Below, in pieces: positions 19,794-30,100 of a stretch of DNA of 64,000 bases. A program made the translations under genes and the position numbers. The notes below the pieces were generated by a model. It saw nothing but the letters and a program-made list of their open reading frames with translations, was not told the origin of the DNA and ran no database searches. The DNA comes from a virus: the IMG/VR virus record IMGVR_UViG_3300032235_000467; one strand, given 5' to 3'. Positions within the stretch are counted from its first letter, which is position 1; each line of letters starts with the position of its first letter.

Positions 19794-20483
19794 ATGTCAT
19801 CAAATCATCACAAAGATCCCGTGTTTCAACAAAAAAAAATTCCTAAAAACCCAATCAAGTTTCAATTATCATTAAATGATGAACAGAAGGTTGCAAAAGA
19901 AAAGATAATAAACAGTGATATAGCTGTTATTAGAGGTAAAGCAGGTAGCGGTAAGTCGCTATTAGCAGCTCAAATAGCACTAGATATGTTGTTTAAAAAG
20001 GAAGTAGAGAAGATAATAATAGCCAGGCCTGCTATCACAGCTGGTGAACAGATTGGATTCTTACCTGGTACGAAAGATGAAAAGATGGCACCCTTTACTG
20101 CACCGGTATATGATAACATGTACAGGCTTACAGGTAAAGAAAAGATAGAAAAACTAGTAATGGAGGGAGAGATTGAGATTATCCCAGTAGGATTTCTTAG
20201 AGGATTCAACTTTAGTAACTGTATAGTTATTATTGATGAGGCACAAAACTGTTCTGAGAATCAATTAGAGTTGATTATGGGACGTTTGTGCATAGGATCT
20301 AAGATTATCATATGCGGAGATAGCGCACAGATAGATCTTAAGAGTAAGAAAGACTCAGGGTTTGACTTTATATGCAAACATATGAAAGACATCCCAGGAT
20401 TTAATATAATAACCCTACAAACCAACCATAGGCACCCTATAGTAGAGCCTATGCTGGCCGTATTTGAACAATACAGGAGTTAG
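19794..20483 (+). CDS. phoH: PhoH-family ATPase
   Basis: Walker A GKAGSGKS, IARP, IGFLPG, IIDEAQN, GDSAQIDL and HRHPIV. Confidence 0.93.
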   Translation: MSSNHHKDPVFQQKKIPKNPIKFQLSLNDEQKVAKEKIINSDIAVIRGKAGSGKSLLAAQIALDMLFKKEVEKIIIARPAITAGEQIGFLPGTKDEKMAPFTAPVYDNMYRLTGKEKIEKLVMEGEIEIIPVGFLRGFNFSNCIVIIDEAQNCSENQLELIMGRLCIGSKIIICGDSAQIDLKSKKDSGFDFICKHMKDIPGFNIITLQTNHRHPIVEPMLAVFEQYRS

Positions 20484-20511
20484 CGATATTTATATTTATA
20501 AAGAATCATAA

Positions 20512-21735
20512 ATGGCAGGCCAAGTAGAAATACAGTATTACGACGCATCTATACCATTATTGCCAGTATCTGGTAATACACCTTTTGGGTACTATGATAG
20601 TGACCCACAATTTCAAGCAGATGGTCCAAAATTTGTAAAATTTGCATCTAGGAGATTAGGGTATCCTATCATGGAGATAGAGTTGCAGGATATTAACTTC
20701 TATTCTGCATTAGAGGATGCTGTATCTGCTTATGGTAAAGAGCTTTATGAATATAAGATTAGAGAAAACTACCTATCAATGGAGGGAAATCCTACCGGTA
20801 GTAATCTTAATAATGCTTTAATTCAACCGAACTTTACAAACGTAATGAGAATAGCTGCCGACTATGGCAGTGAAGTCGGTAGCGGAGGTAATGTACCTTA
20901 CTACACAGGTTCCATAAAATTGAGTGCAGGAGAACAGAAATATGACCTTAATGCATGGGCTAGCTCATCAGGAGTAGTACTTCCAGGGGATCAAATAGAC
21001 ATAAAAAGAATATTTTATGAAGCCCCACCAGCTATTGTAAGGTATTTTGACCCTTATGCAGGAACTGGAACTGGTCTTCAATCATTAATGGAAACTTTTG
21101 GGTTTGGTCAATTTTCACCTGGTATTAATTTTATGTTGATGCCTGTTTATTTTGATGTTCTTAAAATCCAAGCGATTGAATTTAATGATCAAATTAGAAA
21201 ATCAGCGTACACATTTGAAATACAAAACAATCAATTAAAAATATTTCCAATACCTACTTTTGATAAGAATCTCTATTTTACCTATGTGAAAAAATCTGAG
21301 ATGGGATCTTTGATTAGAGGAGGAGTTGCTGTCTCTGGATCCTCTAGTACAACAGTTACTACTATAGGTACAGGTCCTGGAAGCACAAATGTTATTACAA
21401 ATGTTAGCAACGTTCCATTTCGTAATATTGTATATAGTCAAATTAACGATATATTCAAAAAATGGATATTTGATTACGCTCTGGCAATAACTAAAGAAAC
21501 ATTAGGAAATATCAGAGGAGTATATAGTCAGATACCTGTTCCTGGAGCTGAAGTTACTATAAATGGACAGACTCTCATAGATCAAGCAAACAGTGAAAAA
21601 ACTGCTTTGGTTGAACAACTAAGAGGTACTTTAGATGATACATCACGTCAAAAGCAAATGGAGAAAAAATCCCAAGAAGCTGCTATGATGCGTGATACAT
21701 TTATTAATTTCCCAATGCCAATATACATAGCATAA
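20512..21735 (+). CDS. Neck / head-tail adaptor protein (gp13-like)
   Basis: RRLGYPIMEIELQD...ALEDA N-terminus; WIFDYALAITKETLGNIRG...PGAEVTING C-terminus; position after the MCP. Confidence 0.75.
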   Translation: MAGQVEIQYYDASIPLLPVSGNTPFGYYDSDPQFQADGPKFVKFASRRLGYPIMEIELQDINFYSALEDAVSAYGKELYEYKIRENYLSMEGNPTGSNLNNALIQPNFTNVMRIAADYGSEVGSGGNVPYYTGSIKLSAGEQKYDLNAWASSSGVVLPGDQIDIKRIFYEAPPAIVRYFDPYAGTGTGLQSLMETFGFGQFSPGINFMLMPVYFDVLKIQAIEFNDQIRKSAYTFEIQNNQLKIFPIPTFDKNLYFTYVKKSEMGSLIRGGVAVSGSSSTTVTTIGTGPGSTNVITNVSNVPFRNIVYSQINDIFKKWIFDYALAITKETLGNIRGVYSQIPVPGAEVTINGQTLIDQANSEKTALVEQLRGTLDDTSRQKQMEKKSQEAAMMRDTFINFPMPIYIA

Positions 21736-22124
21736 TGGTAAAATTAATCGACATATTAATTGAGGCTAGGTTTGATAAAAAAGAATCTATAAAGAAAACC
21801 TATCACACTTATTCTTGTGTATTTCTAGTAAAGTTTAAAAAGAAATTTAATAGAGTACAAGCAGTAGAAAGAGTAAGGGGTATTAAAACTGTAACTATTG
21901 TAGATCTAAGAGGTGACGAAAGATTAGATAAAATTAATAGGACTCTCACAGACTATGAATATAGTACAATAGAAGTTAAATTTATCACCAATAAAGATCC
22001 TAAAAACCATTTAGAATATATTAAAAAAGCTATGGTTGGTTCTGATAAAAAACAAGGTATTGATAATATTGTTGGAATAGTTGCGGCTAAACCTAAGTTA
22101 GATACTTTAATACAACTAGATTAA
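21735..22124 (+). CDS. Hypothetical protein
   Basis: 129 aa; MVKLIDILIE tag; TAATG-coupled on both sides. Confidence 0.55.
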   Translation: MVKLIDILIEARFDKKESIKKTYHTYSCVFLVKFKKKFNRVQAVERVRGIKTVTIVDLRGDERLDKINRTLTDYEYSTIEVKFITNKDPKNHLEYIKKAMVGSDKKQGIDNIVGIVAAKPKLDTLIQLD

Positions 22125-22612
22125 TGGCACTATACGGCGGCATACGAGCAAGATCCTTTTTCAGACATCACAGCAGACAAATCGTAAATAGGATTGTTGC
22201 TGAGGAGGTACTTTATTATAAGCTGTCTTTGTCCGAAACAAGGTATAATATATACGGGGAATCTAAAAATAAAATGTATGAACAACCTATTTTAATAGCT
22301 TGTTTTTACGCAGTAGATGATCAAGTATCAGAAGACCAAACTTTTGGTAAATCTATAGCACAAACAGCAGAATTTAGATTTTTAAGAGAGGATTTAATAG
22401 ACATAAATCTAATTATGGAGCCAGGGGATATAGTATGTCTCAAAGAATCTTACTACGAAGTAGATCTTGTAGTAGAAAATCAATTTATTATGGGCAAGAA
22501 CCCAGAATATTCTCTTGAATCTGATTTGGAAAAGTACGGTGAGTCTTGGTCTATAAAATGTAAATCTCATCTTACCGGTGTAAATAAATTAAATCTTATA
22601 AAAACTACATAA
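22124..22612 (+). CDS. Head closure / neck protein (gp14-like)
   Basis: NIYGES...MEPGDIV...YYEVD beta-barrel pattern; synteny. Confidence 0.6.
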   Translation: MALYGGIRARSFFRHHSRQIVNRIVAEEVLYYKLSLSETRYNIYGESKNKMYEQPILIACFYAVDDQVSEDQTFGKSIAQTAEFRFLREDLIDINLIMEPGDIVCLKESYYEVDLVVENQFIMGKNPEYSLESDLEKYGESWSIKCKSHLTGVNKLNLIKTT

Positions 22613-22614
22613 AA

Positions 22615-23874
22615 GTGCCTCTACAAAAACGCGTCATAAAGAATAGACCAAAAACTGAGGCTGAGATACTCAATTCTCAGATAGATCCTTATATAGAAAC
22701 TAGCAGTAAGCCATCTATACAGGATTATAAGAGAGGTGAGGATAATTCTTTACGTGGTGAAGAGATAAAAAACATATCTGTAGGTCTTGAAGATATTGAT
22801 AGTGCTATATTATACTACTTTGATGAAGTAATAAAGCCATATGTAATAAACGAAGGATCTAAGCAAAATATTCCTGTGATATTTGCCGATGCTGAGAGAT
22901 GGAAAACAGCTCAAAAAGATGGCGTTTACAGGGATAAAGACGGTAAGATTATGTTACCTATAATAACTGTAAAAAGAGACAATCTAGAGCGCAATAGATC
23001 TCTTACAACAAAGCTTGATGGCAACAAAGTAAACATATATCAGAATTACGAGAAGAGGTATACTAGAAAAAATCAATATGATAATTTCTCAGTGCTAACA
23101 AACAGAGCCCCAGTAAGAGAATTTTATAATGTAGTGGTTCCAGACTACTATACACTGACGTATAGCTGTAACATATATGTATCTTTCTATGAAGATTTGA
23201 ATAAAATAATAGAAGCTATAGGATTTAGATCAGATGCTTATTGGGGATATCCTGGTAAATTTTTATTCAAAGCAAGAATTGATAACTTCCCTATCACAAA
23301 TGAGATAACAGAGGGGGCAGATAGGCGCTTTTTAAGTACCTTTACTCTTGTAATGAATGGGTACCTCACTCCAAACAATATAGACAAGTTTTTAGCCTCT
23401 GATGCGTTTAAATATAGATCTAAAACGCAGATATTATTTACCATGGAAGCATCAGGACAGAACGTAGAAGACGTAAGATACTCTACAGGAACTTCCAAAC
23501 CTTCAGTTGCTAAAACATCGTACATACCAGAGGGAGTAAATGTGACAAATACAAATCAAATAAATGTATTAGATATAGCTACAATAGCATATTTAAATGC
23601 ATCTACAACAATTAAAGGAAGTGATTCTTTAGTTACTTCAAATACTGTAACATTCTTAAATACTACAATATTACAACCGCCTGCATCATCTCAACTACCT
23701 CCTACATCCGTTAATGACTTTAAATTTTTTGTCAATGGAGTATTTGTAGATGCTACAAACATAATATCGTTCGTTCAATCAGGAGCAAATACAGTACTTA
23801 CAGTAAATACGGCAACTTTAGGATATACATTTGATAGTGCAGATGAAATAATAGCAGTAGGTAAATTTGAATAA
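22615..23874 (+). CDS. Tail terminator / sheath stabiliser-like protein (gp15-like) with a C-terminal extension
   Basis: GTG start; IPVIFADAERW...LPIITVKR...PDYYTLTYSCNIY pattern; synteny after the neck genes. Confidence 0.6.
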   Translation: MPLQKRVIKNRPKTEAEILNSQIDPYIETSSKPSIQDYKRGEDNSLRGEEIKNISVGLEDIDSAILYYFDEVIKPYVINEGSKQNIPVIFADAERWKTAQKDGVYRDKDGKIMLPIITVKRDNLERNRSLTTKLDGNKVNIYQNYEKRYTRKNQYDNFSVLTNRAPVREFYNVVVPDYYTLTYSCNIYVSFYEDLNKIIEAIGFRSDAYWGYPGKFLFKARIDNFPITNEITEGADRRFLSTFTLVMNGYLTPNNIDKFLASDAFKYRSKTQILFTMEASGQNVEDVRYSTGTSKPSVAKTSYIPEGVNVTNTNQINVLDIATIAYLNASTTIKGSDSLVTSNTVTFLNTTILQPPASSQLPPTSVNDFKFFVNGVFVDATNIISFVQSGANTVLTVNTATLGYTFDSADEIIAVGKFE

Positions 23875-23876
23875 CT

Positions 23877-24110
23877 ATGTCATTAATTAGATCAAAGCAG
23901 CTTAGTAAAAATATGACTGGAGACTTTACGTTTTCCGGTAAAACAACCTTTGTACAAACTTCTTCTACACAACCTGCAGTAGTTATAAGCGGTTCTCAAG
24001 AAGTGGTTCCAACATCTATATACTCTGGATCTATATACATAGCAGGACTAGGAACCTTTGCTGATACAGGAAGCAATGAAGTTATTGATCTTGGAGATAA
24101 TTCTTTTTAG
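23877..24110 (+). CDS. Small virion-associated protein
   Basis: 77 aa with SGS motifs similar to the downstream fibre proteins. Confidence 0.5.
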   Translation: MSLIRSKQLSKNMTGDFTFSGKTTFVQTSSTQPAVVISGSQEVVPTSIYSGSIYIAGLGTFADTGSNEVIDLGDNSF

Positions 24111-24119
24111 GTATAATTG

Positions 24120-24128
24120 ATATTTATA
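24120..24128 (+). promoter_or_regulatory. Putative late promoter motif upstream of the giant fibre gene
   Basis: GATATTTATA in the intergenic gap, 36 nt before the ATG. Confidence 0.65.
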
Positions 24129-24164
24129 TCTAACAGAGATTACAACAAAAAATTAAAAGCATAA

Positions 24165-27100
24165 ATGGCTACTTGGCTCCAGATAAATCCTCAGGATGGA
24201 AATGCTACATATAATAATGTTACGGTATACAATACGATCGTAGCTAACTCTATTAGTGGTTCTTTTACTGGGTCTTTTAATGAAAATGATCCTATATTTA
24301 CTGAAAAGTCTGCATCATTAGCCACCACAGGCTCTAATATTTTTATCGGTAATCAAACTATCACTGGATCTTTAATATCATCTGGAGCTGTATATTTCCC
24401 AGCAATAACTAATGCCTCTCAATCCGGAATAGTAGTAGTTGACCCAGCAACAGGACAGTTATATTATACTACAGGATCAATTACAGGAGGTGCTTCAGGA
24501 TCAATGGGACCTTCAGGATCTTCTGGTACTAGTGGTACTGCAGGTAGCAGTGGCACATCAGGAACATCTGGTATTACCGGTGATAGGTATTTAACCAGTT
24601 CTACAAGTTCTATAACATTAGGATTAAGTGGTAGTATTACTGTAGGTACAAATTTAGCTTATTCAACGGCCCAGACTGCAATAATAGCATACGATCTCAC
24701 CAATTACCAGGAAGTACCTGTAATATCATATAATCCTTCTACCGGAGTGTTAGTATATGGCACACCAATTACTGTCGTAGGAAGTGGAACATACTCAACT
24801 TGGCAAGTAAACCTATCGGGAGCTAGTGGAGGAGATGGATCCTCTGGAACTTCTGGATCATCAGGTAACAGCGGTACTTCAGGATCCTCAGGAAGTAGTG
24901 GATCTACAGGAACTTCTGGATCTACAGGTACTAGCGGTTCATCTGGCTCTACTGGATCTTCAGGATCTAGCGGTACTTCAGGTACCTCTGGAACTAGTGG
25001 ATCAACTGGTACTTCAGGTTCTACTGGAACTAGCGGAAGTTCAGGTTCTACTGGAACGTCAGGCACTTCTGGGTCAAGCGGTACATCAGGAACAACTGGA
25101 TCATCGGGCAGCGCAGGATCCTCTGGTACTAGCGGTACTGCTGGATCAAGTGGAAGTTCAGGTTCTTCCGGATCTACAGGATCTTCAGGATCTACAGGAA
25201 CAAGTGGCTCTTCAGGTACATCAGGTACTAGTGGCACCTCAGGAACTTCAGGATCTAGTGGATCCTCTGGAAGTGCTGGAACTAGTGGTACAAGCGGATC
25301 TTCTGGATCTACAGGTAGTAGTGGATCTACGGGCACATCTGGATCAACTGGTACATCTGGTAGTACAGGAACTAGCGGAACAGCAGGGTCTTCTGGATCA
25401 ACCGGTTCATCCGGTAGTAGTGGGTCATCCGGTAGTAGCGGTTCTTCGGGTTCTACTGGATCTTCTGGATCAAGTGGTACTGGGTTCAATACTATCAACA
25501 GTCCAGCTATAGGGAGAATTTTATTAGCAGACAACTCAACTAATGCAGCTACTGCATCTGTGAGTATGAGTTTTAATAATGGAATTCTTTTATTAACTGG
25601 AAGTATTATCGCTACAGGTAATATCCAAGCTAATACTCTTATAGTACAGACCATAACTTCTTCAGTAGTATACTCTAGCGGATCTAATATATTTGGTAAT
25701 GCATTAACAAATACCCACCAGTTTACTGGTTCAGTATTAGTAACGGGTTCTTTATCCATAAGAGATTTAGCCTTAAGTAGTAGCGCTACTAGATATGTAG
25801 TATCAGATCTTGATGGTAGATTATTTTATACTACTGCAAGCGCAGCAGGATCCTCAGGAACTGCTGGTACTAGCGGTACTTCTGGCTCCTCAGGTTCTTC
25901 AGGGTCTAGCGGCAGTGCTGGGTCTAGCGGATCCTCAGGAACTGCTGGTACTAGCGGTACTTCTGGTTCAACAGGTTCTTCAGGATCTACAGGTTCATCA
26001 GGTAGTAGCGGTTCTTCCGGTTCAACTGGCTCCTCTGGTTCTAGTGGAACTTCCGGAACAAGTGGCACAGCAGGATCAACTGGCTCATCAGGTAGTTCTG
26101 GTTCTACAGGTACTTCTGGATCAGCTGGTTCATCTGGTAGTAGCGGCTCTTCCGGTAGTAGTGGGTCCTCAGGTAGTACTGGTTCATCTGGTAGTACAGG
26201 AACTAGTGGATCGTCTGGTTCTACAGGATCAAGTGGATCTTCTGGTACAGCTGGTACATCCGGTTCTACAGGTTCATCAGGTTCTAGTGGAACTTCCGGC
26301 ACAGCTGGCACTAGCGGTACAACTGGTACTTCAGGTTCAACAGGAACTAGTGGTTCTACAGGAACTTCAGGATCATCAGGTAGTTCCGGCTCTTCAGGAT
26401 CTTCTGGAAGCACAGGATCATCAGGCACTAGCGGTACAACTGGATCATCTGGTTCATCTGGTTCGACAGGAACTAGTGGCTCGTCAGGTTCTTCAGGTAG
26501 TGCTGGCTCTTCAGGTTCTACAGGAACAAGCGGAACATCTGGTACTGGATTCAATACTATCAATAGCCCAGCTATAGGAAGGATATTATTAGCTGATAAT
26601 AGTACTAATGCTGCAACAGCATCAGTTAGTATGAGCTTTAATAATGGTACTTTATTGATTACAGGAAGTATTACTGCTACAGGTAATATCCAAGCTAATA
26701 CACTAATAGTACAGACTGTATCATCCTCAGTAGTATATTCTAGCGGCTCTAATATATTTGGTAATAACTTATCAAACACCCATCAATTTACCGGAAGTGT
26801 TCAAGTTACAGGTTCAGTATCTATAAAAAACTTAAGCCTTAATTCTGGCTTATCTCAATTTGTAGTGGTAGACCCTGTTACCGGTCAATTGTATTATAAT
26901 AATTCAGGAGCAGCTGGTTCATCAGGCTCTAGCGGATCTTCCGGTACTTCAGGTTCTACAGGAACATCTGGCAGCTCAGGTTCAACTGGTACTTCTGGTT
27001 CTACTGGTACATCCGGTACGTCAGGTTCAACAGGATCTTCTGGATCAACCGGATCCTCCGGCTCATCTGGATCAACTGGCTCTTCTGGTAGCACTGGTAC

Positions 27101-30100
27101 TAGTGGATCATCAGGTACAACCGGATCCTCAGGAACTTCAGGATCTAGCGGTTCTGCAGGATCCTCTGGTTCTACTGGTACATCTGGATCTAGTGGTTCA
27201 ACTGGCTCAAGTGGTAGTACTGGTACAAGTGGTAGCGCAGGATCAAGTGGAAGCAGCGGATCGTCTGGTACATCTGGGTCCTCTGGTTCAACTGGCTCAA
27301 GTGGGTCTTCAGGATCAACAGGAACTAGCGGCTCCTCCGGCTCTTCAGGAAGCTCAGGTACGTCAGGTAGTACAGGTACTAGTGGATCATCAGGTAGCAG
27401 TGGTTCATCTGGATCTAGCGGTAGTACCGGTACAAGTGGTACTGCAGGTACATCAGGTAGTGCAGGTTCAACTGGTACAAGCGGATCTACAGGTACTTCT
27501 GGTTCATCTGGATCAACTGGTACCTCTGGAAGTACAGGGTCCTCTGGTTCAGCTGGTACATCAGGTAGTAGCGGTACAACTGGAACATCCGGATCCTCTG
27601 GTTCAACAGGTACATCAGGTAGTACAGGTACTAGTGGGTCATCAGGTAGTACAGGATCTAGCGGATCTACTGGTTCATCAGGATCAAGCGGATCTTCAGG
27701 TACCACTGGATCTTCTGGAACATCAGGATCTGCAGGTAGATCTGGTGATAGATATTTAACAAGTTCCACAGGATCGGTAACTTTAGGATTAAGTGGATCT
27801 ATTACTGTAGAACCAGGATTGGCGTATTCTACTGCACAGACAGCAATAATATCTTACAATATAAGCAATTATCAGGAAGTACCTGTAGTATCATATAATC
27901 CTTCTACAGGGGTATTAACATACGGTACACCTATTACTGTTGTGGGTTCTGGTACTTATTCAAGCTGGCAAGTAAACTTAGCTGGAGCTAGTGGAGGAGA
28001 TGGATCTTCCGGAACATCTGGTTCATCTGGTTCATCAGGACAGAACGGAAGCTCAGGCACTTCTGGACAGAATGGTTCATCTGGCTCATCAGGATCTACA
28101 GGGACTAGTGGTACATCAGGCACATCTGGTTCTACAGGGACTAGTGGTTCCTCCGGTTCTTCCGGATCAAGCGGCTCTTCTGGAAGTGCAGGCTCTTCAG
28201 GTACTACTGGATCATCCGGCACATCTGGGTCAACTGGTACCTCAGGATCAACAGGAACTAGCGGATCATCTGGCTCTACTGGAACATCAGGTAGTACAGG
28301 TACTAGTGGCACCTCAGGAACTTCAGGTTCTTCAGGCAGTAGCGGATCAAGAGGTAGCTCCGGATCCTCAGGATCAACAGGCACTTCTGGTACATCAGGA
28401 ACAACAGGTACTAGCGGTTCTACTGGTAGCTCAGGTAGTTCAGGATCCACAGGTTCAAGCGGTTCCACAGGAACTTCTGGCAGCTCAGGAAGCACAGGTA
28501 CTAGTGGATCTACTGGAACATCTGGTTCCTCAGGCTCAGCAGGATCCTCTGGTTCGTCTGGTACATCAGGTAGTACAGGAACATCCGGCACTTCTGGTAC
28601 ATCCGGCTCATCAGGATCTACTGGTACATCTGGCTCTACCGGGACATCAGGTAGTACAGGTACATCCGGCTCATCAGGATCTACTGGATCCTCTGGATCT
28701 ACTGGTTCATCTGGGTCAACTGGTACTTCTGGCTCTACTGGTACAAGTGGCAGCAGTGGTTCATCTGGTTCATCAGGGTCTAGTGGCTCATCTGGCTCTA
28801 CTGGTACAAGCGGATCAACAGGAACTTCCGGATCAACAGGAACATCAGGTTCTAGTGGAAGTACGGGTACATCAGGTTCTAGCGGTACTGGATTCAATAC
28901 TATACATACTCCTGCTATAGGAAGAATACTGTTAGCAGATAATAGTACTAACGCAGCTACTGCTTCTGTAAGTATGAGCTTCAATAATGGCGTATTATTG
29001 ATTACAGGTAGCATTACTGCCACTGGAAACATTCAAGCTAATACACTGATAGTACAAACAGTAAGTTCATCAGTAGTATACTCTAGCGGATCTAATATAT
29101 TTGGCAATAGCTTGTCCAATACTCATCAATTTACTGGATCTATACTAGTTACAGGATCTTTATCTATAAAAGATTTAGCCTTAAGTAGTAGCGCTACTAG
29201 ATATGTAGTATCAGACCTTGCTGGTAAATTATTTTATACCACTGCTAGTGCAGCAGGAACTTCAGGTACAACAGGAACTTCAGGAAGTTCTGGATCTTCT
29301 GGAAGCAGTGGCTCAACAGGAACCTCAGGCACCTCTGGTTCTACTGGTACTTCTGGATCTTCTGGTTCAGCAGGTTCATCTGGAAGCAGTGGTTCAACTG
29401 GAACTTCTGGTTCAACAGGCACTAGTGGTTCAACTGGAACTTCTGGAAGCACCGGAACTAGTGGTTCAACAGGATCTTCTGGATCCTCTGGATCAGCAGG
29501 TTCTAGCGGAAGCACGGGTACTAGTGGAACATCAGGTACCTCTGGTTCTTCAGGTAGTGCCGGCTCAAGTGGTTCTACTGGTACATCAGGAAGTACTGGT
29601 ACATCAGGATCTGCAGGATCTTCTGGCTCTTCTGGTTCTACTGGTACATCAGGAAGTACAGGAACTAGCGGTAGTTCTGGTTCAACTGGTACCTCAGGTA
29701 CTTCTGGATCTACCGGTACATCTGGAAGTACGGGAACTTCCGGATCAACAGGAACTTCAGGTACTAGCGGAAGTACTGGTACCTCTGGATCAAGTGGAAC
29801 AGGGTTTAACACTATACATACTCCTGCTATAGGAAGGATATTGTTAGCTGATAACAGCACAAATGCAGCTACTGCATCTGTGAGTATGAGTTTTAATAAT
29901 GGTATTTTGCTTATAACAGGTAGCATTACTGCTACTGGCAATATTCAGGCTAACACCTTAATAGTACAAACAGTAAGTTCTTCAGTCGTATACAGTAGTG
30001 GTAGTAATAGATTTGGAGATGCTTCAAATGATACACATGAATTTACAGGTAGTGTAAAAATAACTGGCTCAATAGCTGTTAGAGACTTAGCTGTAAATGC

